Shown: one piece after another, positions 12,721 through 24,942 of the stretch | Layout: every line of letters begins with the position of its first letter | Position numbering within the stretch: position 1 is the first letter of the stretch | NCBI GenBank assembly: GCA_046563655.1 | Contig: CM102283.1 | Coordinates: 6,448,001-6,512,000, forward strand | Direction of reading: 5' to 3' | From: Yuukianura sp. NJ FZ-2021 | Taxonomy: Eukaryota | Length of the DNA stretch: 64,000 nt | Translations under genes and position numbers: made by a program | Notes under the pieces: model-generated | What the model saw: only the letters and a program-made list of their open reading frames with translations | Database searches by the model: none | What the model was told of the DNA's origin: nothing

Positions 12721-14385
12721 ATGGGAACAAGCTCCAGTGACCAACGACACATTCAAAACCTTCCTGAACATGTAACGCTAAATGAAAATTAATTAAAATC
12801 ACAACTAAATTTACAAGTTACTTTTTAACTTTAGCTACAGACCAAGATCCTTGTACACTTGGATGCATCTGAACTTGCTCAAGCCCGAGCCGTTTGTGTC
12901 TCCTGGCGCAAAGCCATAGAATCTCGGTTTCCAACACGTCTGGACATGTACAACGGCAACTGGAGAGCATTTGTCAAAAGGTCAACAACATCCAATATTC
13001 ATCTAAAGCTCGTTTGCGTCCAGTTTCCCATATACTTGGCCCCTGAATTCAAAGACTTCATGAGTCGCGTCAACATTCTGGAACTGACTGGATACCTGCC
13101 AGACTACCTTCTCTTCAACGTGCTGAATGGATGTCGCAAACTCCAGTCCATTACTATCAATCATGCCACATGCGAAGGTTATTATTCAGGTCGTGGCGAA
13201 ATTGAGTTTCATGGCTCGAATGTTGACGTGACCCAATTGAACATTGGACAGCCAAAGAATGGCGAAGATATTGAAGACTTTAGTCCGGTCACTTCTATTG
13301 CTCTTCTTTATCTCAAACCCAATTGTCTAAAGGAATTGAACCTCAGTTCGTATTTCGAAGTTCAAAACACTTTGCGTTGGATTTTCGCAAGCATTTTTGA
13401 ACAATCAGAACCTGATGATGGCTTGGAAGATCTATTGGTTACAAAAATTCTGCCGGAACATCGTCAATCCCTACAACTCATAAACTTTAATTACAAAAAC
13501 GGTCCAGTCATACCTACTTCGCGTAGAGTTTTCATCAAATTCCATCCACACGCAGACGCAGAAGGAAGTCCATCTGAAAATTTGACCAATCAAATACCTC
13601 AAATTTGCGAATCAAACTTATACCACTCTAGTAATCGCTATTTTGATCGCCGCGGACTTACTGAAATACTGTTGAAAATTTTTGACACGCAGTTCAGAAT
13701 GCATAATCTGGACATTTATTACAGAGATCAATCAGATTTGGATCGAATTGAAAATATCATCAGAAGCAATTGTGGGACGTTGGAAGAAATTACAATTTCA
13801 TCAATGGAGCTTGCGAAAGACACTTATCGCTCATTGAGTTGCTCATGGTTTGCAACGTGTTTGGCCTTGAAGAAACTAACACTTTGTGCAGACTATGAAA
13901 ATCGGAAGGTCAAATTGCTTGACCTCTTGCTACTTCCGACTTCGTTGAAAAAGTTGTCTCTCAATGGATTTATTCTGACGGGATCTTCGGAACTGCTCGG
14001 CGTAGTCACTGAACCATCGCAGTATCCGAACTTGACCGAAGTGGTATTGGGCCAGCTGCCTTGGTTCATTCAAGATGGAAACCCAGTTACAGTTTTTGAA
14101 AACACGCAACTCCGTTGGCTGCTGCACTTGTTTTCTAAGATTCGAAAACTGACACTTAAAGAACTTCCGATTGACCAAGTCGTGTCGGTACAGCTGGTGG
14201 CAGATACCATAGGTTTGGACAATATTCCAGATTTGGTTTCCCCTGAATTCGTGAATTGGTGTCGCCACGGCGGAGACGACAATGTAAAAATCGAGTCAAT
14301 TGAAGTTTCGCACGACCAGCCAAATGTGTTTCGTGGTCGTCGCTTCACTGTGTATCAAATATTTATTGGAAATCACCAACACTGA
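12721..14385 (+). CDS. F-box/LRR-like protein, paralog 4 (exons 12721-12771, 12835-14385)
   Basis: MGTSSSDQRHIQNLPEH | intron 12772-12834 | LQTKILVHLDASELAQARAVCVSWR. Confidence 0.85.
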
Positions 14386-14589
14386 AAATCAATCTGCAAC
14401 ATCCATAACTCACTTTTAAGAAAATCTAAGAATTTTTGAAACTCATTTTTAATACTTTAATATTTCAAAATACCTTTGAAACTAACTAAATGTGCTTACA
14501 AATTTGAAGTGTAAATAAAAAATGTATTTTGAAAACTTTAACGAGTGGTTAGACAGTTTTGTTGACATGCGATTTAAATAAGACTTTAA

Positions 14590-14883
14590 GGGCAATTGCT
14601 GCATGATTGCTAAGACTCTCAGAAAACTACGACCACACTTTTCGCATTAGCATACGCTGGAAAGTATCACTCAAATCTTTTTTGTTGAGGAAACTGTTCG
14701 CTTCATCCAGAAAACAGAGGTTTTCTGAAGGACATTCGTGAAAACATCGTATTTTGCTTCCTACGGCTAAACCATTGCAAAAAGGCAGAAAAAAAGATTT
14801 GAGTGATATTTTCCAGCGTATGCTAATGCGAAAAGTGTGGTCGTAGTTTTCTGAGAGTCGTACCAATCATGCAGCAATTGCCC
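14590..14883. mobile_element. Foldback MITE with about 95-bp near-perfect inverted arms
   Basis: GGGCAATTGCTGCATGATTG...CACTCAAATCTTTTT is mirrored by AAAAAGATTTGAGTG...CAATCATGCAGCAATTGCCC. No clean TSD. Confidence 0.7.
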
Positions 14884-16202
14884 CACAAGATTGGGTCAAA
14901 ATTCATGATTTCTTTGTTTACGATTTACTGTTCACGAACCACGTAAATCTACTGGGGCGACGTGAGAAAAACCTGCGACTGGTTCGAAACTTTGAAATTT
15001 TATAAAAATCTCATTAATTAATGCTAATAATAGTTGAAATTAGTAACTAGTGAATTGAAATATCAAATGTCCTTGTAAAATTGCAATTGCAAAGAACACC
15101 CGCTCGGGTTTTGCGTGATTACGTAGGTTGAAAATTCTAAGTTTTCAGTCATTGCCATGGCAACAAAACGTTTTTTGGCGTTATGTTTATTGACCTCCAG
15201 TCCCTCCTTAAGGACGGGTAAGAGGCAGCGTTTGTTTACGATTTGGTGTCAGCCATTGCCGTTAGTAACAAAGCAAAATCACTGCTCAAACTTGCAAAAG
15301 TCGGCACTGTTTCCAATGATTGACAAACCAAAGTATTTCGCAGGATAGGAATTCAAACAACCTGGGACTCAACAATCAACTTGTATCCATGGAGACGGCT
15401 GATTTCAGTGCCGACATTTGCGAATTGCTAAATAATGTCAGAATTACATCTATTTTCTCTTATAAGTGTCTTACTATAATACCTAAAAATGCGTTTGAGG
15501 TGTCTAAAAATCCGGAAGACCATGGCGGACAATGATCAGGGACCAATTTCCCAAATTTTGGTGTCATACAATACTTAGACAAAATTGGACTTTGTATCGT
15601 ATTTTTTGCATTGTTTAGCAGCAAAATATCAAATTCTGACCCCTGATAATTCTTCCCCATGTATCAACGAATTTTTAGAGGTATTGTACAAATTTCTACG
15701 TCATTCCTGTGAGGACTTATAAGGCCTGAAAGTTAATTAATTTGAGGCAAAACGAGACCCACCGTTGCCATGTCTTATTCCTTCTTAAATACGAAATTTT
15801 TGAAAATGGATTTTGTCATTTAGCAAAATTGTTCAAAATGAGTCGCCAAGGAAATATCACGCTACCTTATTGTTTATAAATTTTGTTTCTAGTAAAAAAA
15901 AAGTTATAAATTTTTTAAGTAAATTTTTGGTTAAAAATTATGCAATTCACAAAATTCCTTCTAAAAGTAACTTTTTTCTAATAGTTCTGGAACATTGAGA
16001 CTTGAATTGCGAAGCGTCTTGGAATTTAGTTGAAATTTTGAACAAAGGATTCTGTAAGTTTTCTAATGTGTCGAAATATTTTTCAAATGTACCTACTATG
16101 GGAATAATAATTTTTTAATAGGCTAAATCGAATTTAGATAAATTTTAAAACTTCTCGAAAGTGAAATTTCATTTCTTTTCGAGGTTGAATCGCAATTCAA
16201 AA

Positions 16203-17851
16203 ATGGATACTGACGCTAATCACAAAGGATGCTTAAACAACCTACCTCCCGAAGTAAGAAATCAAAACCTAATCATTTGTGTTAAATTAACTGTAATTAA
16301 CCTTCAACTTTTTAGCTGCTGAATATAATTTTTGGATACTCGAATTCAACCGACCTTGCGAAAAACCGGGTTGTCTGTGCCTACTGGCGCAACATCATTG
16401 AGTCTACTCAAACTACTTCCTTGGAAATGGACAACAACAATTGGGAAACTTTTGTCAAGAAGTCTACTGCACTCAAGATCCATCTGAAACTAAAAAATGT
16501 CCAGTTCCCAATATACCTAGCACCAGAATTCTGCGACTTCATGTCTCGCGTCAACATTCTGGAGATCACTGGCTTCAATCCAGAGTACAATGTCATCAAC
16601 ATTCTCAAAGAATGTCGCAAACTCCATTCACTCACCATTGATCATGTGAAGCTTGACAGTCTGCGACGTCTTGACAAATTCAACCTTGAGGCGAATGAGG
16701 TGAATCTTGATTTGAAACAATTGAAGGTCGGATACGCTCGGCGTCACTTGAAGCATACGCAAGACCTTCTTTTGGTGACTGATTATGTTGGCGCTCTGCT
16801 CAAATCCAATTGCTTGAGTGAACTCAACGTGAGTAGTGTTTTCGACGCCAGAAAGGTTTTTAAATTAATGTACAGTGGAGTTTTTGAAGAAGAGCCACTT
16901 GACCAGTTGAGAGACAAAGTCCTGCAGCGGATTCTGAATCGACAACGTCAATCCTTGCGACTCATCAGATTTTGCTACAGAATTCACGACGAAGTTCCTG
17001 GAGCGCCTCCTCAGTTCATCAAATTTCATCCGTATGACGACGCAGCAGACATAAATCCGGCCAATCACAATCCACAAATCTTCGACTCATGCCTCCATGT
17101 TTTTCGACACAATGAATATCGTGGACTACTTTTGAAAATTTTTGAAACGCAATTCAGAATGAGAAACCTTGATATTTACTTCTCCGACCAGGCGGATTTG
17201 GACCAAGTTGAAAATATCATCAAAAACAATTCGGCAACATTGGAGGAAATTACACTTGGATCAATAGAAGACACTTATCGTTCCCTCAGTTGCGCATGTT
17301 TTCAAGCATGTATTACCTTGAAGCAACTTACACTTCAGACTTTCAGTCGGAAGGTCAAATTGTTTGACCTCTTGCTTCTCCCGCCTTCTTTGGAAAAGTT
17401 GTCTCTTACCGGATTTATTCCAACTGGATCGTCGGAACTGCTCGGCAAAATCACTGAACCGTCGCAATTTCCGAACTTAACCGAAGTGTTGCTGGGTAAG
17501 CTTCCGTGGTTCATTCAGGATGAGAAACCAGTGACAACTTTTGAAACTACGCATCTTCTTGGATTTCTGAACGTGTTTCCAAAGATTCGAAAACTGACGC
17601 TTATGTGCATTCGGCCTGAGAAATGGATGTCGGTAATAGATGCCAATGCTATTGGCATGGAGAGGCCACCACGTCCTGTTTCACCTGAATTTGTGACATG
17701 GTGTCGCCATGGTGGAGGAGATAATGTTGAAATTACTTCGATTCAAATTGTCGGTGACAACGGTATTGACGGCAACCAGCTACAAGGATATGGAGTTTTT
17801 GGCAACGGTAAAATGGTACATGAAATATGTATCGGAAACGCCCAACACTGA
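16203..17851 (+). CDS. F-box/LRR-like protein, paralog 5 (exons 16203-16253, 16316-17851)
   Basis: MDTDANHKGCLNNLPPE | intron 16254-16315 | LLNIIFGYSNSTDLAKNRVVCAYWR. Confidence 0.85.
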
Positions 17852-20144
17852 AGATAAATCTGTTCAAGCTCAATTTACATCAATCTGCTTCAACGTTTTT
17901 TTCGATTCTTGAATTTCCTAAATTTTTTAAAGAATTGAGCATATTAACATTTACTTTTTCAAATAAGTTAAATCATCTATTAGTTCACCTAATTCTATTA
18001 AAACAGAGTGAATAAAAATGCAACCTTAATTTTCGAAAACTAGGATTTAGTTTATAAAAAAAATTAGAAATTTTGCTTGCTACAGATTCGGTAGAAGTTC
18101 GAAAAAATTTTTTGTATGTATATTTATATGTTTTTAGATTTACTTGCTGTTTTCAAAAATTCAAAAGTACCTTTTTTCGATTTTCTGTGAAGCCGTAGTA
18201 AGTTTCCGAGTTGGTATTCCTTTTGTTCGTAATTTTTCTAAAGTAATTAAAATTAGGCGTGTCGTATTACTATGTTAGATGTATTCTTACTTTTTCTGTT
18301 TCTGAAATATTTTAAGCCGTTGCCTTTTCACATGTATAACCCAACCGAGCATGGTACGGAAAATAAACCACAACGCTTTTTTGCCACTTGAGACTAAAAT
18401 ATGTGTTAATTCAACGCTCAAAACGAAGATGCAAAAAAGAAAGCAAACTCCGCAAGCCACAAAAATTGTCTGGATGTTAGACGACAATTTAACAGGATAG
18501 ACCCTATTGGTGGCCTTGTGTGATAAACGAATGACGTCATGTTTGTCTATGGTTGGTTGAATTCGACGGTGCCATTTGGTCCAATGCGGGAGTATTCCAG
18601 ATTGCATCAGAAGATGAAATTGACGGTACATGCGAGCGGTGGCAGCTCGATGAAAATGAGGCAAAATGAAACCGTCCCACATCTTGAAGATTTCGGACTT
18701 GCCTGTTTTATAAGGCCCATGACCCATCTCGTCACCAATGGCCATGATGATGGCCAGTTTGTCGTCATAGTCAATGTACCCCACATTGTCACAGGATTTG
18801 GTCAGGTTAACAATATTTTCATAGTACGATCTGAGGCTTTTTTTGTTAACGGCCGATGTATGCCGTTTCGCGTTTCTACTTTGGGCTACAATAATTCCAT
18901 AAACAAATGGTTCCGGCGTGGTGGTGACAGGCTGCTTCAAAAACTTGTTGCTGGACACAACCAGTATCGTCTCACAGTAAATTGACGAATCTCCATGCGG
19001 TAGCCAAACTAAGCGTTTTTCTCGGTAAGCACGATCGAGCATTTTGACTCTAGCATCTTCGTGGTTATACGTGCAGAATCCCGGAGGCATTTTTGTCGGA
19101 ATAGATAGGTTCATCCTTTCAAAGACATTGCGCAGTACGGAACAATTTTGGCGTCCACTGCCAGAGTACTCACTATCCCAATCAGAGCAAAGGAATCCAT
19201 TCAGTCTGGTGATTTCTGCGTTGAGTTCCGGGTAACAAAAGCAATTGCGTAGATTTGTAATGTAATTCCAGTCTTGCCCATACGGTTTAAGAACGTTTTC
19301 GTTCTGCTCAACTAAAGCCTTGTGCATGTCGATGTAAAGTTTTGGGACATAGAATACAAATCCGGGCATTTCTGTGACGTTGACATGCGTCCCGGTGACA
19401 TTTGTGGGAAGTGTTAACTCTGTAGTAACGATTCCTTTGTAAGCCCCAGCTAATACAATCATGAGAAGTAGCCAGTTTCCAAGAACAAGCTTTGTTGCTC
19501 GCATTGCCGCTGGAAAGTGTCGTAGACTACGTGGAAAGCTTTCGGCAATGTCAAATGTGGCGGCGACATTATAGAACAGAACTTCCTTCATGAGTTGGAC
19601 GTTTTGTCGCCACGTGGCTGGCGGTGCCAAGCTCCATTTTCTGTATAATAGTACCAGAAAAGGAAAAATTACCAAGATACAAGCGACATAGAGGAGCCAA
19701 GTGGCCGTATCGTACGGTGCAATGTAGAACGATAAACTTAGTCGCCGATGAACTCCGTCACAGGTCATAAAGTTCATCCACCGCTTCCCGACTATTAGTA
19801 CAGACTGATGTACGCGGTATTGGTCATGCAGAAATGACGCGGAGCTGAGCTGTTTTACTTGAATGTAGTTTAACGTATTGGCGTTTTCGTTTTTGAGTTG
19901 TGCAACCAATTTTTCCAGGGGTGCAATACCGTTTGGCGAAAAAAACCAAAGGTCAACTCCTTTCAACAGAAGCCATTGAGTCAATACTTGGATATTCATA
20001 AAATAGACTTGGCGTTTTGACCTAGCCGGTGACCCAATGTACATGTGCAGAATGTCCTTGAAATGATGAAACCGCGGGTCATTTTGAAATGATCTATTTC
20101 TGTGCAACTCTGTTGTTGCCGCTGCGCAGTTCTTGCTGTAGTGG

Positions 20145-20492
20145 TGTAGCGGCCTTGTCCCTTTCCCCCAGTTTCCCCCCATTCGTCATTGGTTAGTTAG
20201 TTAGTAGGAGGAGGAGTTTAGCTTTTCGTTTTGCCTGCTACACGGACTGCGATCCGTGTGAGCAGTTCAGTTTCAGTTAGTTTAGTGAGTCTTCGTTTTG
20301 CTTTCTGCGAGTTAGCATTGTTGGCCAAGAGCCAGGTTGTTTTGTGGAGTCAATAAACTCCACAACCATCACTACGTTCGTTTGTTGTTTCGTTTATTGT
20401 CTTTTCGTTTTCCTGGAGCTCGGGCCTTCAGCCCCGGAGAGTAGTCTGGTTTTTTGGAGGGTTTTCTGGTGTTTGGTAGCCGTAGTGCTACA
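20145..20492 (+). repeat. 5' LTR (348 bp)
   Basis: Direct repeat of 23109-23456 with no differences found by eye; TG..CA ends. Confidence 0.95.
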
Positions 20493-20495
20493 AAG

Positions 20496-20506
20496 TGGCG
20501 ACCGTG
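20496..20506 (+). promoter_or_regulatory. Primer binding site, complementary to a tRNA-Arg(UCG)-type 3' end
   Basis: TGGCGACCGTG lies 3 nt after the 5' LTR and is the complement of CACGGTCG-CCA. Confidence 0.8.
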
Positions 20507-20822
20507 CAGTGACTCCATAAGGAAACGAAAGGTCAAGTAGGTCAAAGTTATTGGCCTAAAAATCCAAACTTGACAGTTTGGTTTTGTGGATGTGAAAAGA
20601 AGTCGCGGGAGTGCGGCTTCCTGGCTATAGTGTATAGCACACCGACTGAACAAAAAGCAGAAACGAGAGTTGCAGAGACTTTCAATTCCAGAAAGTTCCA
20701 CTCAGTCAACACAGGAAAGTCGTAGTCACGGCTCTTCCTGCCATTACCTAAGAAGTCAAAACAATAGAATACCCGTTGCCGGGTCATCTCCGTTATCGAT
20801 TCAGTCTTCGTTGCCATTGGTG

Positions 20823-22067
20823 ATGATGGCAACATACACAAAAGCAGAAGTGGATGCCATGGTGGCTGCTGCGGTGGCACAGGCAATGGCTACGGTGGAT
20901 CAAAGAATTGCACAGGCAGTCGCAGCGGCGGCTCCTGTCCCACCAGTCCCGCAGAAACAAGCGATTGACCCTACGGAAGCATTGGTTGCAGCATTAAGAA
21001 CAGTAAAATTGACAACGGTCACATCTACTATAAAAGTGCCGACATTTGACCCTAAAACGATGTCGGCAGTCGGCTTCTTGCGGGAAGTCGAAAGATACTT
21101 TGTCATGCAAGGTCACGAGGTCAACCAGTATCTCTACCTAATAAAATCTGTCTTGCCGTCAGAGTCACAGTCGTGGCTTGACTATGTCCTGACAGCGGTC
21201 GTTGACTGGGAAGAGTTCAAGGACGAATTTGCAAAAAGATATGACAGTTGGGTAGATGCAAATGAGAGAATGCGTCTACTCCATAATCGTGAGCAGAAGT
21301 TGAATGAACCCGTGGAGAGTTTCATTTATGACATGATCAGGAATTCAAGATTAGTTTTTCCTGACGAAACTCTCTCACAAGCCACGCGGAGGGCAAAGCT
21401 CGCCCTTTACCCAAGGTTACGGACGGCCTTAGGTACATTGGAGTACGTGACTCCAGAAGCGTTGTTTGAGGCTGCAAGAGTTGCTCATGTAAATCTCACT
21501 GAAGAGAACGAGCTTAACAAAGATAAAATTCAATTACCTCCGCTGATAATAACGGAGACACAAGAGACAGAGACAGACAAGAAGGAAGATAAGCCATCAG
21601 AGAAGGAGACAGAAGTTACAAAGCAAGATAAGGAAGCAGAAGTCATTGAGAATGGCTTCAGAAAAAATGATTGGCGTGGAGAACGACAGTTTTACAGACA
21701 GAGTCAAGCGGATGCCGAAACACATACGCCGTCATCAACTCAAGGTCAAGCTCAAGATCAATCCCAAGAGCAAGTTCCAGACCAAAGTCACAGTTCCACA
21801 GGAATTAACATTAATTTGCCTATTCGCGGGACCACAGGCCAAGGCAATGGACGAGGTGGAGTTCAAGGTCTGGGTCAAGCAACTACAAGACCACCAGATC
21901 TTAGCAACGTCAGTTGCTATCGTTGTACGGGTATTGGACACCGTCAATTTGAATGTCCATCGGCAGTGGGAGCAGCGATGGCAGCATTTGGAATTGAAGT
22001 CGAAGTTCCGGCTTCAACTTCCACTCAAGGTCAAGGTTGGGGTCAACCTCAGCACGAGTCATACTAA
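20823..22067 (+). CDS. gag: Retrotransposon Gag (capsid + CCHC zinc knuckle), 414 aa from the first ATG
   Basis: Capsid-like VPTFDPK..FLREVERYF..W..DWEEFKDEFAKRY..REQKLNEPVESF, and knuckle CYRCTGIGHRQFEC (CX2CX4HX4C). Confidence 0.88.
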   Translation: MMATYTKAEVDAMVAAAVAQAMATVDQRIAQAVAAAAPVPPVPQKQAIDPTEALVAALRTVKLTTVTSTIKVPTFDPKTMSAVGFLREVERYFVMQGHEVNQYLYLIKSVLPSESQSWLDYVLTAVVDWEEFKDEFAKRYDSWVDANERMRLLHNREQKLNEPVESFIYDMIRNSRLVFPDETLSQATRRAKLALYPRLRTALGTLEYVTPEALFEAARVAHVNLTEENELNKDKIQLPPLIITETQETETDKKEDKPSEKETEVTKQDKEAEVIENGFRKNDWRGERQFYRQSQADAETHTPSSTQGQAQDQSQEQVPDQSHSSTGININLPIRGTTGQGNGRGGVQGLGQATTRPPDLSNVSCYRCTGIGHRQFECPSAVGAAMAAFGIEVEVPASTSTQGQGWGQPQHESY

Positions 22068-22512
22068 GCAATGGAAATGAACCTTAGTCCATTTTCCCAT
22101 ATTCAAATTGACAAAGGAAGATTCACTGGAAAAAATTAATTATTTTCTTAGAGTCAAGGTCATTGGCTCTTATAAACTGTGGAAGCTCACAGTTAAAAAT
22201 GTAAATTGAAAATTATACTTCTGTTGGTTAGCAGAAGAATGCATAGTTATTAAAAAGTGAAGTCGATGGTGTTCGGCTTCACCTCAAGGTCAGTGTCGGT
22301 GACCTAAGGAAGGAAAGAAGCTTCATTACGGAAGGGGATTCAAGGATTTTTGTGTTCATCAATGGCCATGGTGTTACAACTATCAGATGTCCATAGTTCC
22401 GGCAATGAAGAACGAAGCAGCAGAAAAGGTACACTGCGGTGACCTAGTAGTCGAGGGCGTGGCCTTGATACGTCACTGAGTCACGTCTCTCAGGCTCCCG
22501 TGCGCGAGCTTT

Positions 22513-22833
22513 CATGTTACCAGTTCCGAGGAATTCGGCTTAACATAATCTACAGCTGCATCGTCGGAGGAACATGTTACCAGTTTTTACCTAACGCGGT
22601 TCAACAGTTACTCAATTTCATAAAAAGTCGCAGTGGCGGCTTCCTTCAAAAATTCTACATACAAAGGAGGAAATGTAGTTTTCACGAACGCGGTTCAACA
22701 TTACTCAAAAAATTCATGAAAAGTCGCAGTGGCGGCTTCCTTCAAGATTTCGGTCATTTTGGGAATGGAGAGATCATATGAGAACATGTTACCAGTTTGA
22801 CACAACGCGGTTCAACAGTTACTCACAAATTCA
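22513..22833 (+). repeat. Imperfect direct repeats in the element's 3' non-coding region
   Basis: CATGTTACCAGTT x3, AACGCGGTTCAACA x3, AAAAGTCGCAGTGGCGGCTTCCTTCAA x2. Confidence 0.8.
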
Positions 22834-23108
22834 AGCATTATCAAAAAGCCAACGTTTTGGCTAAAATTCAAAATTAATATAAGTTCAAGTCAGAACTTAT
22901 CATCAAAAACCACTTTCGGATCGAGAGGACATTCCGATGGAGATTGGACTTTGCTGTGGTGACATTGGGATTCGGATGGAGCAATTCGGAGGAGATCACT
23001 GACGGGAGAAGCAGAGGACCGGCATTTCCAAGTCCGCTTTCCAGAGGTCGAGGTCATGGAGAAGTTCGACGAGGATGACCCCGCCAAACTTCTCTTCAGG
23101 CAGGAAGA

Positions 23109-23456
23109 TGTAGCGGCCTTGTCCCTTTCCCCCAGTTTCCCCCCATTCGTCATTGGTTAGTTAGTTAGTAGGAGGAGGAGTTTAGCTTTTCGTTTTGCCT
23201 GCTACACGGACTGCGATCCGTGTGAGCAGTTCAGTTTCAGTTAGTTTAGTGAGTCTTCGTTTTGCTTTCTGCGAGTTAGCATTGTTGGCCAAGAGCCAGG
23301 TTGTTTTGTGGAGTCAATAAACTCCACAACCATCACTACGTTCGTTTGTTGTTTCGTTTATTGTCTTTTCGTTTTCCTGGAGCTCGGGCCTTCAGCCCCG
23401 GAGAGTAGTCTGGTTTTTTGGAGGGTTTTCTGGTGTTTGGTAGCCGTAGTGCTACA
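23109..23456 (+). repeat. 3' LTR (348 bp)
   Basis: Direct repeat of 20145-20492, preceded by a polypurine tract. Confidence 0.95.
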
Positions 23457-24942
23457 GTGGAAGTTGTTACACCCAGAATAATTACCAGGAACAACTATCA
23501 ATCCATCCAGAAATGGCTCCATGATCTTGTCAACCTTGGATCTACATGATGACCACTCCATTGATTTATTGTGACACGATCCAATTTCCACTTGGTGTGA
23601 CAATTTCGCAAATCCGAAAACCATAAAAACATTAGAGTACGGTACGTTACGAAGGCTCATGGTCACATTGATTATCTCATAGTAACTGGTATTTATACGC
23701 TCCCGTTTGGCGTACTGCCGATACACATAATGCGCCATGAACATGTTTTGCCTCGGTAATACATCGTATATTTCTGGTGGTTCATCTGTAATCAGTTCCC
23801 GATATGAGTCGTTCAACAGTACATTGACGTACATGTACCGGTAGGCTTCCGGATGCGGGTAATATGAACGGAAAAAGTCCTCAAAACCATGTATGTGAGC
23901 CAACTTCTTTGTCGGATATACTATGAACATTGCAATTGAATAATTACTTTGTCGCCATGACCTGTGAACTCGGAATCCCGGAATTGGTCGGTCAAGTATC
24001 ATTGATGGTACAGAAGTAATTGGTCCCACATCAACTTGGTAGCTGGATGTTTCGATTTTCAGGATAAAAACTTCTGAGTCTGCGTATTCTGCTACGAGGT
24101 CATCTACACCTTCAAAAAACTTCACTTCTTTGGTTTCCGATAATACAAGAAGATGGGCAACAATGACGAGTAGGATTTTTAGAAACTCCATTTTTTTAAA
24201 TTCAATGTTTGGTTCAAGAACTTTTTCTTGAATTATGCTGTGGGTTGACTTTGTCATTGCATTGGACTGAAAATCTTTTTATCTATTTCAAGACAACAGA
24301 ATTCCGGAGAGAAGGCGGGGACATGCAATGAAATTTGAATTATTAATTATAATATTTTCAATTGGTAAAATTGTTTTTGCATGCTAGAAAATTTAGATTT
24401 TGACAGGCGATGCAGTGACCTTTTGACCTTTAGCTTTTTTGATGCTTCTAGCGAAATAACCATGGAGTGGATTTTGTAAAATAAATTTAGATTTTGGAAT
24501 TTTCAGTAACAGATTTAGGCATAGTTTGAATTAAATCTTGACAGTCTATTCGTCTCGTCATTTAACAAAATTTGGAAAATGATTCTGCATTTAATTTCAA
24601 AATGTTGCGATGTGTTGTCAAGGAAATGGTATTTCCGGATTGTGAATGTTGATTTAGATTTCAACAATCGCGAGGTCTTTGGTCTCTTCTGTGGAAATTT
24701 TTTTTGAACCAATTCCGAAACGCTGAGTTGACCTTGCGAAACAATTGTGGATGTTTTGACTATTTGACCCATAATCTTTGGCCATCTTTGATCAAGCTGA
24801 ATAGTTTTGAAACGTATTTTGGAATATAAACTCGGATCCTGTATGTACTACGCCTTGCTTATTGCCGCTATAAGCTGTAATAGAATCAATTCAATAATCT
24901 TTGTTTCCGTTTATTGTTTGAAGATTTGTACGCAACTTCAAA

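Larger units (their letters stand above)
20145..23456 (+). mobile_element. Gag-only Ty3/gypsy-type LTR retroelement (3312 bp, non-autonomous)
   Basis: Two 348-bp LTRs (TGTAGC..GCTACA), GTGG TSD at 20141-20144 and 23457-23460, PBS, purine tract AGGCAGGAAGA before the 3' LTR, one intact gag, and no RT/RNase H/integrase. Confidence 0.93.
18287..24191 (-). pseudogene. Intronless divergent ionotropic receptor (IR/iGluR-like), 862 aa when reconstructed, interrupted by an LTR element
   Basis: Removing 20145-23456 and one GTGG joins ...GCNNFH to YSKNCAAA... in frame (245+617 aa). Motifs: signal peptide MEFLKILLVIVAHLLVLS, pre-M1 APYDTATWLL, M3-like WLLLMIVLAGAYKGIVTTELTLP, S2 LMQSGILPHW, M4 NIQTIFVACGVCFLFCIFVLSVE. 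Confidence 0.8.

Noticed and set aside
20823-22067. Domesticated Arc-like gag gene next to a synaptic channel
   Set aside because: It is flanked by identical LTRs, PBS, PPT and a TSD and it disrupts a host gene, so it is a mobile element. Proximity to cac is probably incidental.
21646-22781. Frameshifted pol or env ORFs (21646-22080, 22500-22781)
   Set aside because: No RT YxDD, RNase H, integrase or envelope features. The first overlaps gag and the second is a translation of the repeat array.
18287-24257. Two independent genes of 631 aa and 299 aa, as in the ORF track
   Set aside because: They join in frame once the LTR element is removed, and their inner ends are LTR-derived.
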